From the NCBI RefSeq assembly GCF_044704955.1, contig NC_091995.1, positions 34,472,001-34,536,000 on the forward strand: a DNA stretch of 64,000 bases. Direction: 5' to 3'. Within the stretch, counting starts at the first letter, position 1. The number at the start of each line of letters is the position of its first letter. Under the pieces are notes generated by a model. It was given only the letters and a program-made list of their open reading frames with translations. It made no database searches and had not been told where the DNA came from. The stretch comes from Pristiophorus japonicus (taxonomy: Eukaryota). Of this stretch, positions 48,750-61,503 are shown one piece after another. The position numbers were made by a program, and so were the translations under genes.

Positions 48750-50661
48750 ATGGACACTGGGCGTTCTAATCCTTTTAGCAGTAAGGAGAGTCAGACAGGA
48801 GGAAGAATTACTTGAAGAAGGGAAGGTATGGAAGGGAGATGTGAAGTGGGAGAAAATTGATAAGACGACGCAGCAAGGCAACTTTACATGCCCAGAACGA
48901 GAAAACTGCAAGATAGGGAATTTCACAGTGAGGTGTAAAGCTTGCAGAGTAGGAATAGATCAGCGATCAGGAGAGGTGAAAGTGACCAGTGAGGAAGGAT
49001 TTAATATATCCCTGAACTGCGAGGTGGACATGACTTGCCTGACCAGCACAGACCAAGGTGAGAGTCAGGAAACCAATGGCACATTATGTGGACCCAAGGA
49101 GAATTATCACTTTGAAATAGGAAGATGGGAATGGGTAAAGTGTATGAATCTCACAAAAATAATAAACGGAATAACTTATATTAAACACAACCAAAATAAG
49201 CATTCCCCAACAGATCCGGGACACTTGAAACGGATGCTGACCACCTGGTAAGGTCCCCAGGAGTATTACATTTAACAGTTCAAATTAAATATCCTCCAAA
49301 AGAAAAAGGCGGCTGCAACACCACTAATGTTGAAGTGTCCTTTAGAAAAGAGAAACCTCCGAGAAAGAAAGATGTGTTAGGGACTGTGCTAGGTGGGGTA
49401 GGAGCCGGGATAGGAGCATTAAACACTATGGATATCGAGGCCCTACAAAATAAGATCCAGGTCGTCGGAGGACTGGTAGGAGAAGGCATAAGAATAAGGA
49501 ACGCCTGGGATGAAGGGTTACAACAACTACAAGTATCAGGTTACGTAACGGACAAAATGACCTGGAAACAGAATGAAAGGACAGAAAAGGAGATAGAGAA
49601 CCTGATGAAGGAGCAGCAGGGAATAAATAAGTACACCCAGTGCATGTTTAAAGTACTGATCAGGCAGCTATTGAGAGCCGAGCTGGAGAGGAAAATATTG
49701 TCCTTCCATACTGACACGTGGGAAAGGTTGTTGGGAATCAATCAGAAGGATAAGCTTCTTAATTTAACTATTAAGCCCCAAGAAAGATATACCAGTTATG
49801 ATTCAAACGGATGTAATATAACTATGGAAATAGTAAATAGGACGAAGCAAGAAATTTGGTGTCAGTTTCAAGTAATGCCCCAGTTGTTTGGACAGAATTT
49901 CTGGTACCCGGAGTTTAAAGGAGATTGGGTCGATGAAAAGAATTTGACTCATCACCATAGGGGATGTGATAGATGGCCATTCGGGATGGTGTGTCCCTAT
50001 CAGACTGCCATTTACGAACCATGTACATTGAAACACCCCACAGGAGTATGTAAGTGGGAACTGAGGCCGACAAATGACACTGAGATTGCAGAAATTGGTC
50101 CGAATGAAGTCTGTATGACGGGAAATAAATCGGTCTATCTGGATGGAATTCTATATAGGCCCCCCCATTAATACTTGTGTAAGAGGAGTATACACCTTGT
50201 ATGACCCTGAAGAAAAAAGAACCTATACCTTTGGGCAATGGCAAAATGTAGAAAAATACCTGTCTGTGCACAGGATTGACCCCCAGATAATTAATCTGAC
50301 CAGACTGCACAATTTGATACGTAATGACAAGCAAATTGAGGAAGCTCTGTCTAAACAAGGCAGAGACATCCACCAGTTTAGAATTGAAATGGCTTACAGG
50401 AAGGGACAACTAGTAAGAATTGTTGATGAGGTCACCGCCTTAACGGTACACCACTGGTGGGATGTGTTTTACGGATGGTCCCCAAGGGCCTCAGCCGTAT
50501 TGAAACTAGCTATACACCCCATAGTAATCATGGGTGCAGTTATGCTTGCGCTATTGATAATCATTTGTGCAATATGGTTAAAAGTGAAAAAATTGATGGG
50601 TCAAGTAATGAGCCTAGTATCCCGTGTAGAAAGAAAGGGTGTGTTCATAAAAGAAAGTTAA
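48721..50661 (+). pseudogene. env: ERV Env, frameshifted
   Basis: Signal peptide (WTLGVLILLAV), several NxT/S sites, basic site RKEKPPRKK followed by fusion peptide DVLGTVLGGVGAGIGALN, heptad region, Cys-rich ectodomain, HHWWDVFYGWSP, TM anchor IVIMGAVMLALLIIICAIWL. Frameshifts at about 49200-49249 and 50160. Confidence 0.92.
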
Positions 50662-50786
50662 ATCACATAGAAGAAAATATAGATGATTACGATGAGGAGA
50701 AATGCCTGGAAATGCGACCCTACCCGGATGGATATGAGCCCCCTTTTTCCAACATATGAGACCATGTTGATCTGAAAAGGATCAAC

Positions 50787-50797
50787 AAGGAGGGAGT
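50787..50797 (+). promoter_or_regulatory. Polypurine tract
   Basis: AAGGAGGGAGT directly before the 3' LTR. Confidence 0.8.
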
Positions 50798-51373
50798 TGT
50801 CGAAGAAAAAACCCAATCCTTGTCCTAGGTTAAAGGAAGGGTTAAGTTCGCTTTTGCTGACTCTGTACAATTCACGAAGCTGGAGAGAATTACCGAACCT
50901 TATCAACCTCAAAGAACAGAAAATTCTATATACATGACTATCTGGTGTTTACATGAGTATCCAGATCGCTGGTTATCAACAGAAGGACAGGGAGAAACTA
51001 TGCAAGAAAGAGATAAAATGTGCCTACCGGGATGACCTTTGTAATGTATGAATAATGCTCATGTATAATAGATGACCTTTGTACTCACGGAATATATGAA
51101 TAATATTTATGTGTGAAGTTTTAGATAAAGTTCTTGCTTTGATGGCATTTACAAAGAATGTATGAATAATGTACTTGAGTGGTAAGTTACAGATAAAATT
51201 CCTGTTTCAATAGTATAAGAATAGAGCACATTTGCCTGTTAACTTCAGAGTTCTGCCTTGGTAAGGACTAAGCGGGCTCTCCAAGATATCTTGTTAGTTT
51301 TAGTAATAAACTTCTCTCGAAGCAAATTCTGAAAGTCTCCGCCTGAGTTAATTTAAGCTAAGTTTCCTCGACA
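50798..51373 (+). repeat. ERV 3' LTR (576 bp)
   Basis: TGTCGA...TCGACA inverted ends; by eye it differs from the 5' LTR at 4 substitutions and one 4-bp indel. Confidence 0.97.
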
Positions 51374-52589
51374 CTGATATTATAAATTCTGCTGATCTGC
51401 GTTGAATTGATTTTAGATTTTCTGTTTCAGCGTTCGTAGCGCGGCCAAGAGAGCATACCGTGAAAATCTGCGCCCAACCATTGATTTCCTGACTATGCGG
51501 GGGAACTTTAGCTTCTGCTGCTTGTGCACAACGGGCAATATCAGATCAGACGTTCACTGCACACCTCGCCCGATGTTTCTCTCCGTTGAAGTCAGCGGAA
51601 AGTAATATTGGGCGGGATGTAAAGCAAGCGCTCCGCCTGATCAGTTAGACAGTGGTAAAGTCACAGACTTATGCGGAATTTCCTAATAAAAAAGGAAAAA
51701 AAGAAAAAATTGCATTTATATAGTGCCTTTCACAACCAACCAAGTACTTTTGAAATGTAGTCACTGTTGTAATGTAGGAAACGTGGCAGCCAATTTGCGC
51801 ACAGGAAGCTCCCAGAAACAGCAATGTGATAATGACCAGATAATCTGTTTTTTAGTGATGTTGATTGAGGGATAAATATTGGCCCCAGGACACCAGGGAT
51901 AACTCCCCCTGCTCTTCTTCTAAATAGTGCCATGGGATCTCTTACATCCACCTGAGAGAGCAGGCGGGGCCTCGGTTTAACGTCTCAGCCGAAAGACGGC
52001 ACCCACGACAGTGCAGCACTCCCTCAGCACTGCACTGAGAGTGTCAGCCTGGATTATGTGCTCAAGCCCCTGGAGTGGCACTTGAACCCACAACCTTCCG
52101 ACTCAGAGGGGAGGGTTGCGACTCCAAGGCACTCGAGGGCCACTGGAACAGAAAGTCGAGCCCCTGGCACAGGCTCTGGTAGAGACTGAACCGGTCTACT
52201 GACCTTTCCTGCACTGTGATGATGCGGGGAAGCTCGCTGAGAATGTGAGGCTCCTTCCAGAGACGGCGAGGCCCATTTCAGAACTGTCTGGCTGTTCCAG
52301 AAAGCGGGAGCTTCCTTTGAATATACAAGGCAATGAGGTCTTTACCTCCCAAATGTTAAGAATCATCTGCAAGTAACGTAAGCAAGGAAAATCTAGTGGG
52401 TTTGGTAAAGGGCTGCCTGACACACATTGCCAGACCTTCCTGCCTGCGTTCCATCCAGGCATTACCCCCAATGAGACTTGCACAACCTTAACGGACTAGA
52501 AATTGGGCTTGAACATTAGTGTTGGACGAGCAGCATCCCATTATATTCCCTTCCCGGTATTCAGTTCCACTCGGGTGGGATGGGGGTGG

Positions 52590-52930
52590 GGGGGGGAAGT
52601 TTAACCTAACCCGCCAGACGGGAAGCCCACGGGATCAGGTGGAATGCCAATTTTACACCCCGCTCATTATTACTCTTTGTTAATTTGCATGGAGAGTAGA
52701 ATCAGGCCAGGTCTAAAACCTACATAAGAAATAGGAGCAGGAGTCGGCCATTTGGCCCCTCGAGCCTGCTCCGCCATTCAATAAGATCATGGCTGGTCTG
52801 ATCATAGGCTCAGTTCCACTTCCCCGCCCGCTCCCCATAACCCTCGACTCCCTAATCGCTCAAAAATCTGTCACCACCACCAATCCCGTCACTTTCCCAA
52901 TGGGCGGGTCAGGTTATGATTGACCCCACT
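52590..52930. mobile_element. Degenerate palindromic MITE-like element with a nested CR1 3' end
   Basis: Imperfect inverted arms (TAACCTAACCCGCC...GGCGGGTCAGGTTA); CR1 tail at about 52720-52870. Related fragments near 1250-1330 and 40550-40815. Confidence 0.4.
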
Positions 52931-55900
52931 TGTCGCACTGACTATTGGGCGGGGCGAGTAACGGGCAGCCGATTCACTACCGCCCGCTTGGCGTCGCACA
53001 TGACGCATTTCTACCACACCCAGTGCATCCTCGTGGCTGCAACAGCACAGCTGGCAACTTTTTAAAGCCTTTTGAACCAGTGTCAGGAATCAGAAGGTTG
53101 TGGGTTCAAGTCCCTGAACCAGAGACTTGAGCACAAAATTCTAGGCTGACACTCCCAGTGCAGTGCTGAGGGAGCGCTGCACCGTTGGAGGTGCCCTCTT
53201 TCGGATGAGACGTTAAACCGAAGCCCTGTCTGCTCTCTCGGGTGGTGTAAAAGATCCGTGGCGCTATTTCGGAGGAGAGCGGGGGTGTTCTCTCCGGTGT
53301 CTTGGCCAATATTTATCCCTCAATCATAGAATGGTTACAGCACAGAATGAAGCCATTCGGCCCATCGAACCCGTGCCGACTCTCAGCTTGTCCCACTCTC
53401 CCGCCCTTTCCCCGTAGCCTTGCAATTATTTTTCCTTCAACTACTTATCCAATTCCCTTTTGACTGCCACGATTGAATCTGCTTCCTTCCAGATCCTAAA
53501 CACTCGCTGCGTGAAAGAGTTTTCCCTCAAGTCGCCTTTAGTTCATCTGCCAATTGCCTTAAATCCTCTGGTTCTCGACCCTTCTGCCAACGGGAACAGC
53601 TTCTCTCTATCTACTCCACTGGCTGGTAAAGGGTGCTATATAAATGCAAGTCTTTCATTCGCTGTGTATTGTCCTAAGAGTAATATTAACCATTTCCTAA
53701 ATTAGAATGTTCTTTCAATGTGGAGGAATGGGTGAAATAAACAGTACCTGCTCCCGGCAGCACTGTCAGATTGATTTGACCCGTGCCGGACCCTGAGTCC
53801 CCTCTGACCTTTACTCGGTAGGTCCCGGTGTCGTTTAGCCAAAGATCCCGAAGGAGCAGAGAAGCGTTTTCAGGGAAAAAGGCAATGCGATGTCTGTAGG
53901 ACTTCCAGGTATAAGTGTGCTTGCTAGAATTGCTGGCAGCATTCTGGGAACCCCATACCAGGAATGGAGTCCGGGAGGTTTGGACCTCCAGGAGATCTTG
54001 ATGTAATGCTGGTACCGAGCCCCATAGCAGACTGGCAGAAGGACGGAGCGGTTTTCAATCCCAGTCACTTGGTTCAGCTGGATGGTCAGTTCAGCCGAAG
54101 TCTCACCACCTGTCCACAACTGAAAGAAAACTGCTTTTTGAGATCCACAAATGCCACATCATCTTTTTTTGAATGCTAAAGGAGTCAAGGGTTATGGGGA
54201 TTGGACAGGGAAGTGGAGTTGAGGCCGAGATCAGATCTTATTGAATGGCGAAGCAAACTCGAGGGGCCAAATGGCCTACTCCTGCTCCTATTTCTTAAGT
54301 TCTTATGTTCAGTACAGCACAACAGCAACGATTAATGGGCGAAGAATCAAATAAGGCAGGGAGCGAAATAAAGTTGGCAAATGATCCTACTTTCTGCAGG
54401 ATGCACCACAGCAACTCACCAAGGCTTCTTCGGCAGCACCTCCCAAACCCGCGACCTCTACCACCTCGAAGGACAAGGGCAGCGGGTGCATGGGAACACA
54501 CCATCCTGACTTGGAAATATATCGGCCGTTCCTTCATCGTCGCTGGGTCAAAATCCTGGAACTCCCCCCTAACAGCGCTGTGGGAGCACCTTCACCACAC
54601 GGACTGCAGCGGTTCAAGAAGGTGGCTCACCACTGCCTTCTCAAGGGCAATTAGGGATGGGCAATAAATGCCGGCCTTGCCAGCGACACCCACGTCCCAA
54701 GAATGGATAATACAAAATAAAAATGATGGAGAAATGCAGAAAGTGAACTGGCTCACTTATATTAACCATAGACTTACTGTATAGCAGTGCTTTAGCCTTC
54801 AATAGGGAATTAGATACATACTTGATGGAGAAACACTTTGGGATATGGGAAAGAGCGGGTGGGAGTGGAACTGACTGGATTCATCTTTAAAAAAGCCGGC
54901 ACAGACACGATGGGTCGAATGACCTCTTTCTGTGCTGCACTATCCTATGATTTTAATTTTAGTACAACGAGAGAGTGAAACAGACTCCATTAAAGTAATT
55001 AATATCACTCATATTGCGCCTAAGGGCTTGTACAATACAGGATCATTGAAACGCACACCGTTACTGTTAAACCGAACTTAGGCGACACGAATATGGAGTT
55101 GTGCAGGGAAGGTAGCGCCCCATAACGTCACATGCATTCACAATGCAGTAAGTTCACTGGTTTAACAGATATTCAGTACATCGATCCAATCCTTAAACTC
55201 ACCCACTGCCCTGTAATCAAGAAAAAGGGGCAGAACATAGCCCGAGAGAGCATTCCTGTCCTTCACACCACCTTTCTCTGCGTCACACTGCGTTGGGTGT
55301 GTGTGGCTGTATAGTTAGCGGGCTGCAGGTATCAGTTAAGAGACCAGAGGCAGCCAAATGGGCGGTGGATCAGTGAGACACAGAGAGGAGGCGGAACCCA
55401 CACACCACTGTCTTGTTAATGGTATAGGAAGGGGACGATTTGAATAAGCAGGTTTTAAAAAAAAATAATCGAATAGCCGGCAGTCGATGGAAGTAGATGC
55501 TTTGGAAGAATTTGAGATAGATCTCCAACCCAGCGGGCTCCTGCTCGCTCGACCTGCAATGACAGAAATTATCTTAAGCCTGTGTTCCAGGACAGCCAAT
55601 GTCAGGCTGGGGGGCAGACAGAGTTAGCTCAGCCCCATCTCACACTTCAAATGCACATTAAGAGTTAACAGTCAATTTAAATGACATTTTATGAGTTTGC
55701 AATGTTGGGGGATTGTTGAGGGTACATAAGAGCACCTTCAATGGAACCTGTAATATTAAGACACACGTCTCACCGAAAGAATGGAACATATTCACTGTGT
55801 CTTGGAATCAGAAGTATTGCTAAATATTTCATTGTTATTCTAATCTCCCCTGTCTATTGCCAAAACTGCTGATTCCAGAGAGACTTGAGCACATAAAATC

Positions 55901-56109
55901 CAGGCTGACACTCCCAGTGCAGTGCTGAGGGAGTGCTGCACTGTCGGAGGTGTCGTCTTTCGGATGAGACGTTAAACCGAAGTCTCAAGGCCCCGGAGGG
56001 GTAAGTTACTCCTCATAAAAGAAAATAATTTTACCACCTGTTGCTAAAGCAAAGAATGCTGATCAAATGCTGTCCATCTTCACTGATAATTTCTGATTAA
56101 TTACATACA

Positions 56110-56890
56110 ATATAAGAACATAACAATATAAGTAACAGGAGCTGGAGTAGGCCATTTGGACCTAGGAGCCAAAAAGATCATGGCTGATCTTCCACCTCAA
56201 CTCTACCTTCCCGCATTATCCTCATATTCCTTAATTCCTTTAGTTCCCAAAAATGTATCAACCTCTGTCTGAAAATACTCAATGACTGAGCCTCCACAGC
56301 CCTCTGGGGTAGAGAATTCCAAGGATTCACCACCCTCTGAATGAAGAAATTTCTGCTCATCTCAATCCTAAATGGGCGACCCCTTATTCTGAGACTGTGA
56401 CCCCTGGTTCTAGACTCCCCAGCCAGGGGAAACATTCTCCCTGCATCTACCCTGTCAAGCACCTTAAAAATTTTATATGTTTCAATGAGATCGCCTCACA
56501 TTCTTCTAAACTCTAGAGAATATAGGCCTAGTCTACTCAATCTCTCCTCATAGGACAATCCCCCCATCCCAGGAACCAGTCTGGTGAACCTGCGTTGCAC
56601 TCCCTCAAAGGCAAGTATGTCTTTCCTTAGGTAAGGAGGCTAAACTGTACACAATACTGCAGGTGTGGCCTCACCCAATGCCCTGTATAATTGTAGTAAG
56701 ATTTATTTACTCTGATACTCTAATCCCTTGTAACGTAAGCTAACATACCATTTGCTTTCCTAATTGCTTGCTGTATCTGCATGTTATCTTTCTGTGATTC
56801 ATGTACAAGGACACCCAGGTCCCTCTGAATGCAAACATTCCCCAGTCTCTCACCATTCAACAAATATTCTGCGTTTCTGTTTTTTTCTAC
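56110..56890 (-). mobile_element. CR1 LINE 3' fragment
   Basis: Peptides RDLGVLVHES and ESRTRGHSLRIRGRPF; CR1 3' tail. Confidence 0.85.
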
Positions 56891-57037
56891 ACTTCCCCAA
56901 TGTATAACACAGGAACAGGCCATTCAGCCCAACTGGTCTATGCTGCTGGTCTCCACATGAGCCTCCTTTGAATCGACTTCACCGAAACCGATCTACATAA
57001 CCTTCTATTCCTTTAAAATTAGCTAATTAAAATTAGT

Positions 57038-57480
57038 GTCAGCCGTGGCCCAATGGGTAGCACTCTCACCCCTGACTCAGAATGGTTGTGGGTTCATGTC
57101 CCACTCGTGAGAAAATAATCTAGGTTGACATTCTCAGTGCTGAGGTGCAGTCTTTCAAATGAGACACTATAAACTGAGGCCTTGTCTGCTCTCTCAGGTG
57201 GATGTAAAAGATCCCATGACACTATTTTGAAGAAGAACAAGGGAGTTATCCCCGGTGTCCTGGGGCCAATACGTATCCCTCAATTTACATACCAAAAAAA
57301 GATTATCTGGTCATTATCACATTGCTGTTTGTGGGAGTTTGCAGTGCGCAAATTGTCTTGTAAGAAATTACGTTTCCTACATTACAACAGTGACTACACT
57401 TCAAAAGTACTTCATTGGCTGTAAAGCGCTTTGGGACGTCCGGTGGTCGTGAAAAGCGCTATATAAATGCAAGTCTTTTT
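57038..57480 (+). mobile_element. Near full-length Deu-domain SINE
   Basis: tRNA-like head (GCCGTGGCCCAATGGGTAGCAC...GGTTCATGTCC), Deu core and GCGCTATATAAATGCAAGTCTTTTT tail. Confidence 0.75.
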
Positions 57481-58284
57481 TTTTGACTCATTCCATGCCA
57501 GATATTCCTTTCTCCCCTCACCCCAGTTGAAGTTTAACATCCAGAACTGTAAAGAATCAAATCTATCCCCATGTCATTACATTGCTATTGGGAGATTGGG
57601 GAAGATTTTTTTTCTTTCTTGCAAGGATTCCTCAGGGTGGAATGGTAAGCTCTTCACTGAAGAGGAAATATCCCCACGAAGACAGAGAGAGAGTGAAAGG
57701 TCTAGTTGTTTTCATTGGAGGAACGAAGATTGTGAGGGGACATAATTTAGGTTTTAAAATATTGAGCGGAATCACTGATTTAGACGTAAGCAGTTTAATT
57801 AAGAAAGAAAGACTTGCATTTATATAGTGCCTTTCATGACCATCGTTCGCTCCAAAACACTTTTTTCAGCCAATGAAGTACTTTCGGAGTGCAGTCACTG
57901 TTATAATGTGGGAAACACGGCAGCCAATCTGTTCAAAGCAAGCTCCCACAAACAGCAATGTGATAATGACCAGATAATCTATTTTTTAGTGATGTTGATT
58001 GAGGGATAAATATTGGCCCCAGGACAATGGGGATAACTCCCCTGCTCTTCTTCGAAATAGTGCCATGGGATCTTTTACGTCCACCTGAGAGGGCAGACGG
58101 GGGCCTCAGTTTAACGTCTCATCCAAAAGACAGGACCCATGACAGTGCAGCGCTCCCTCGGCATTGCGCTGGACTGTCAGCCTAGATTTTTGCACTCGGA
58201 AGTCCCTGAGCCCACAACCTTCTGACCCAGAGGTGAGGGTGCTACCCACTGAGCCACTGACAGACACATCTGGGAGAACATTCC

Positions 58285-58700
58285 GACACTGGACTCCCAA
58301 AGCAAGAGTTCTACTCGGAACTCCTACACGGCAGGCGATCCCCAGGGGGGCAGAGGAAACATTTAAAGGACACCCATCAAAGCCTCCCTGATAAAGTGCA
58401 ACATCCCCACCGACACCTGGGAGTCCCTGGCCAAAGACTGCCCTAAGTGGAGGAAGAGCATCCGGGAGGGCGCTGAGCACCTCGAGTCTCGTCGCCGAGA
58501 GCACGCAGAAAACAAGCGCAGGCAGCGGAAGGAGTGTGCGGCAAACCAGACTCCCCACCCACCCTTTCCTTCAACCACTGTCTGTCCCACCTGCGACAGA
58601 GACTGTAATTCCCGTATTGGACTGTTCAGTCACCTGAGAACTCACTTTTAGAGTGGAAGCAAGTCTTCCTCGATTTCGAGGAACTGCCTATGATGATGAT
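58285..58700 (+). mobile_element. RTE-clade LINE 3' end
   Basis: WESLAKDCPKWRKSIREG and zinc finger CPTCDRDCNSRIGLFSHLRTH; (GAT)n tail. Confidence 0.8.
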
Positions 58701-59602
58701 GGCAGACACATCTAACATGCAAGCATTATAAATAAAGCCAAAATCAGTGCTCACAGTAGCCAGTAGATGGTGCAGCCTAGTGTATACAAATGGCTGGTTA
58801 CGAATGACTAAATGAGGCACAAAAAAAATGGAGGAAAATATTGTGGCCAAAGTTAGCGGGGGGAAAAAAACCTCTGGAAAGTTCCTCCCCACCAAATACA
58901 AGTCAGTCAAGCAAACCTCAGGAAACCAGAATCATGCATCACTAGACATGCTTCACCAACTCCACACTGCATCATGGAATCACCCGAAGTAGGCCAGTTG
59001 TCACATCCTGCCTGTACCTGCTCTTTGAGAGAGCTGTCCAAACAGTCTCACTACCCCCCGCTCTTTTCCCATAGTTTCCTTTTCAAGCCCTCATTCATAC
59101 CTTTGTTACCTCCAGACTTGACGATTCCAACACACTCCTGGCTGGCATCCCACATCTTAGCCTATGTAAACTAGAGGTGATGCAAAACTTGGCTGTCCGT
59201 GTCCTAACTTGCACCGAGTCCCACTCACCCATCATCGCTGACCTACATTGGCTCCCGGTTAAGCAACGCCTCGATTTCAATATTCTCGCCCTTATTTTCA
59301 AATCCCTTCATGGCCTTGCCCCTCCCTATCTCCTCCAGTCCCGCAACTCCCCGAGATGTCTGCGCTCCTCTAATTCTGCCCTCTTGAGCATCCCTGATTA
59401 TAATCACTCAACCATCAATGGCCGTGCCTTCACCTGCCTGGGCCCTAAGCTCTGAAATTCCCTCCCTAAACCTCTCCGCCTCTCTACCTCTCTTTCCTCC
59501 TTTAAGACACTCCTTAAAACCTACCTCTTTGACCAAGCTTTAGGTCACCTGCCCTCATTTCTCCTTATGTGGCTTGGTATAAATTTTTTAAATCTCATAA
59601 TA

Positions 59603-61503
59603 GAAACATAGAAACATAGAAAATAGGTACAGGGATAGGCCATTCGGCCCTTCGAGCCTGCACCACCATTCAATAAGATCATGGCTGATCATTCCCTCAG
59701 TATCCCTTTCCTGCTTTTTCTCCATACCCCTGGATCCCTTTAGGCGTAAGGGCCATATCTAACTCCCTCTTGAATATATCCAATGAACTAGCATCAACAA
59801 CTCTCTGCAGTAGGGAATTCCATAGGTTAACAACTCTCTGAGTGAAGAAGTTTCTCTTCATCGCAGTCCTAAATGGCCTACCCCTTATCCTAAGACTGTG
59901 ACCCTGGTTCTGGACTTCCCCATCATCGGGAACATTCTTCCCGCAACTAACCTGTCCAGTCCAGTCAGAATCTTATAAGTTTCTATGAGATCCCCTCTCA
60001 TCCTTCTAAACTCCAGTGTATAAAGGCCCAGTTGATCTAGTCTCTCCTCATATGTCAGTCCCGCCATCCCCGGAAATCAGTCTGGTGAATCTTCGCTGCA
60101 CTCCCTCAATAGCAAGAACGTCCTTCCTCAGATTAGGAGACCAAAACTGAACACAATATTCCAGGTGAGGCCTCACCAAGGCCCTGTACAACTGCAGTAA
60201 GACCTCCCTGCTCCTATACTCAAATCCCCTAACTATGAAGGCCAACATATCATTTGCCTTCTTCACCGCCTGCTGTACCTGCATGCCAACTTTCAATGAC
60301 TGATGAACCATGACACCCAGGTCTAGTTGCACCTTCCCCTTTCCTAATCTGCCGCCATTCAGATAATATTTTGTCTTCGTGTTTTTGCCCCCAAAGTGGA
60401 TAACCTCACATTTATCCACATTATACAGCATCTGCCATGCATTTGCCCTCTCACCTAACCTGTCCAAGTCACCCTGCAGCCTCTTAGCGTCCTCCTCGCA
60501 GCTCACACCACCACCCAGTTTAGTGTCATCTGCAAACTTGGAGATATTACACTCAATTCTGTCATCTAAATCAATAATGTATATTGTAAAGAGCTGGGGT
60601 CCCAGCACTGAGCCCTGCGGTACTCCACTAGTCACTGCCTGCCATTCTGAAAAGGACCCGTTTATCCCGACTCTCTGCTTCCTGTCTGCCAACCAGTTCT
60701 CTATCCACATCAGTACATTACCCCCAATACCATGTTCTTTGATTTTGCACACCAATCTCTTGTGTGGGACCTTGTCAAAAGCCTTTTGAAAGTCCAAATA
60801 CACCACATCCACTGGTTCTCCCTTGTCCACTCTACTAGTTACATCTTCAAAAAATTCCAGGAGATTTGTCAAGCATGATTTCCCTTTCATAAATCCATGC
60901 TGACTTGGACAGATCCTGTCACTGATTTCCAAATGTGCTGCTATTTCATCTTTAATAATTGATTCCAACATTTTCCCCACTACTGATGTCAGGCTAACTG
61001 GTCTATAATTACCCGTTTTCTCTCTCCCTCCTTTTTTAAAAATGATGTTACATTAGCTACCCTCCAGTCCATAGGAATTGATCCAGAGTCGATAGACTGT
61101 TGGAAAATGATCACCAATGCATCCACTATTTCTATGGCCACTTCCTTAAGTAGTCTGGGATGCAGACTATCAGGCCCCGGGGATTTATTGGCCTTCAATC
61201 CCATCAATTTCCCTAACACAATTTCCCGCTTTATAAGGATATCCTTTCGTTCCTCCTTCTCACTAGACCCTCGGTCCCCTAGTATTTCCGGAAGGTTATT
61301 TGTGTCTTCCTTCGTGAAAACAGAACCAAAGTATTTGTTTAACTGGTCCGCCATTTCTTTGTTCCCCATTATAAATTCACCTGAATCTGACTGCAAGGGA
61401 CCCGTTTTCACTAATCTTTTTCCTTTCACATATCTATAGAAGCTTTTGCAGTCAGTTTTTATGTCCCCAGCAAGCTTCCTCTCATACTCTATTTTCCCCC
61501 TCC
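59603..61503 (-). mobile_element. CR1 LINE, 5'-truncated, relatively young
   Basis: ORF2 RT with [26 protein letters not shown] and [15 protein letters not shown]; (CTATGTTT)n 3' tail; inserted in an L2 with TAATA TSD. Confidence 0.95.

Larger units (their letters stand above)
41770..51373 (+). mobile_element. Full-length endogenous retrovirus provirus (LTR-gag-pro-2H PDE-pol-small ORF-env-LTR)
   Basis: Paired TG...CA LTRs, CTGAT TSD at 41765-41769 and 51374-51378, PBS, PPT, and gag/pol/env motifs. Confidence 0.98.
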
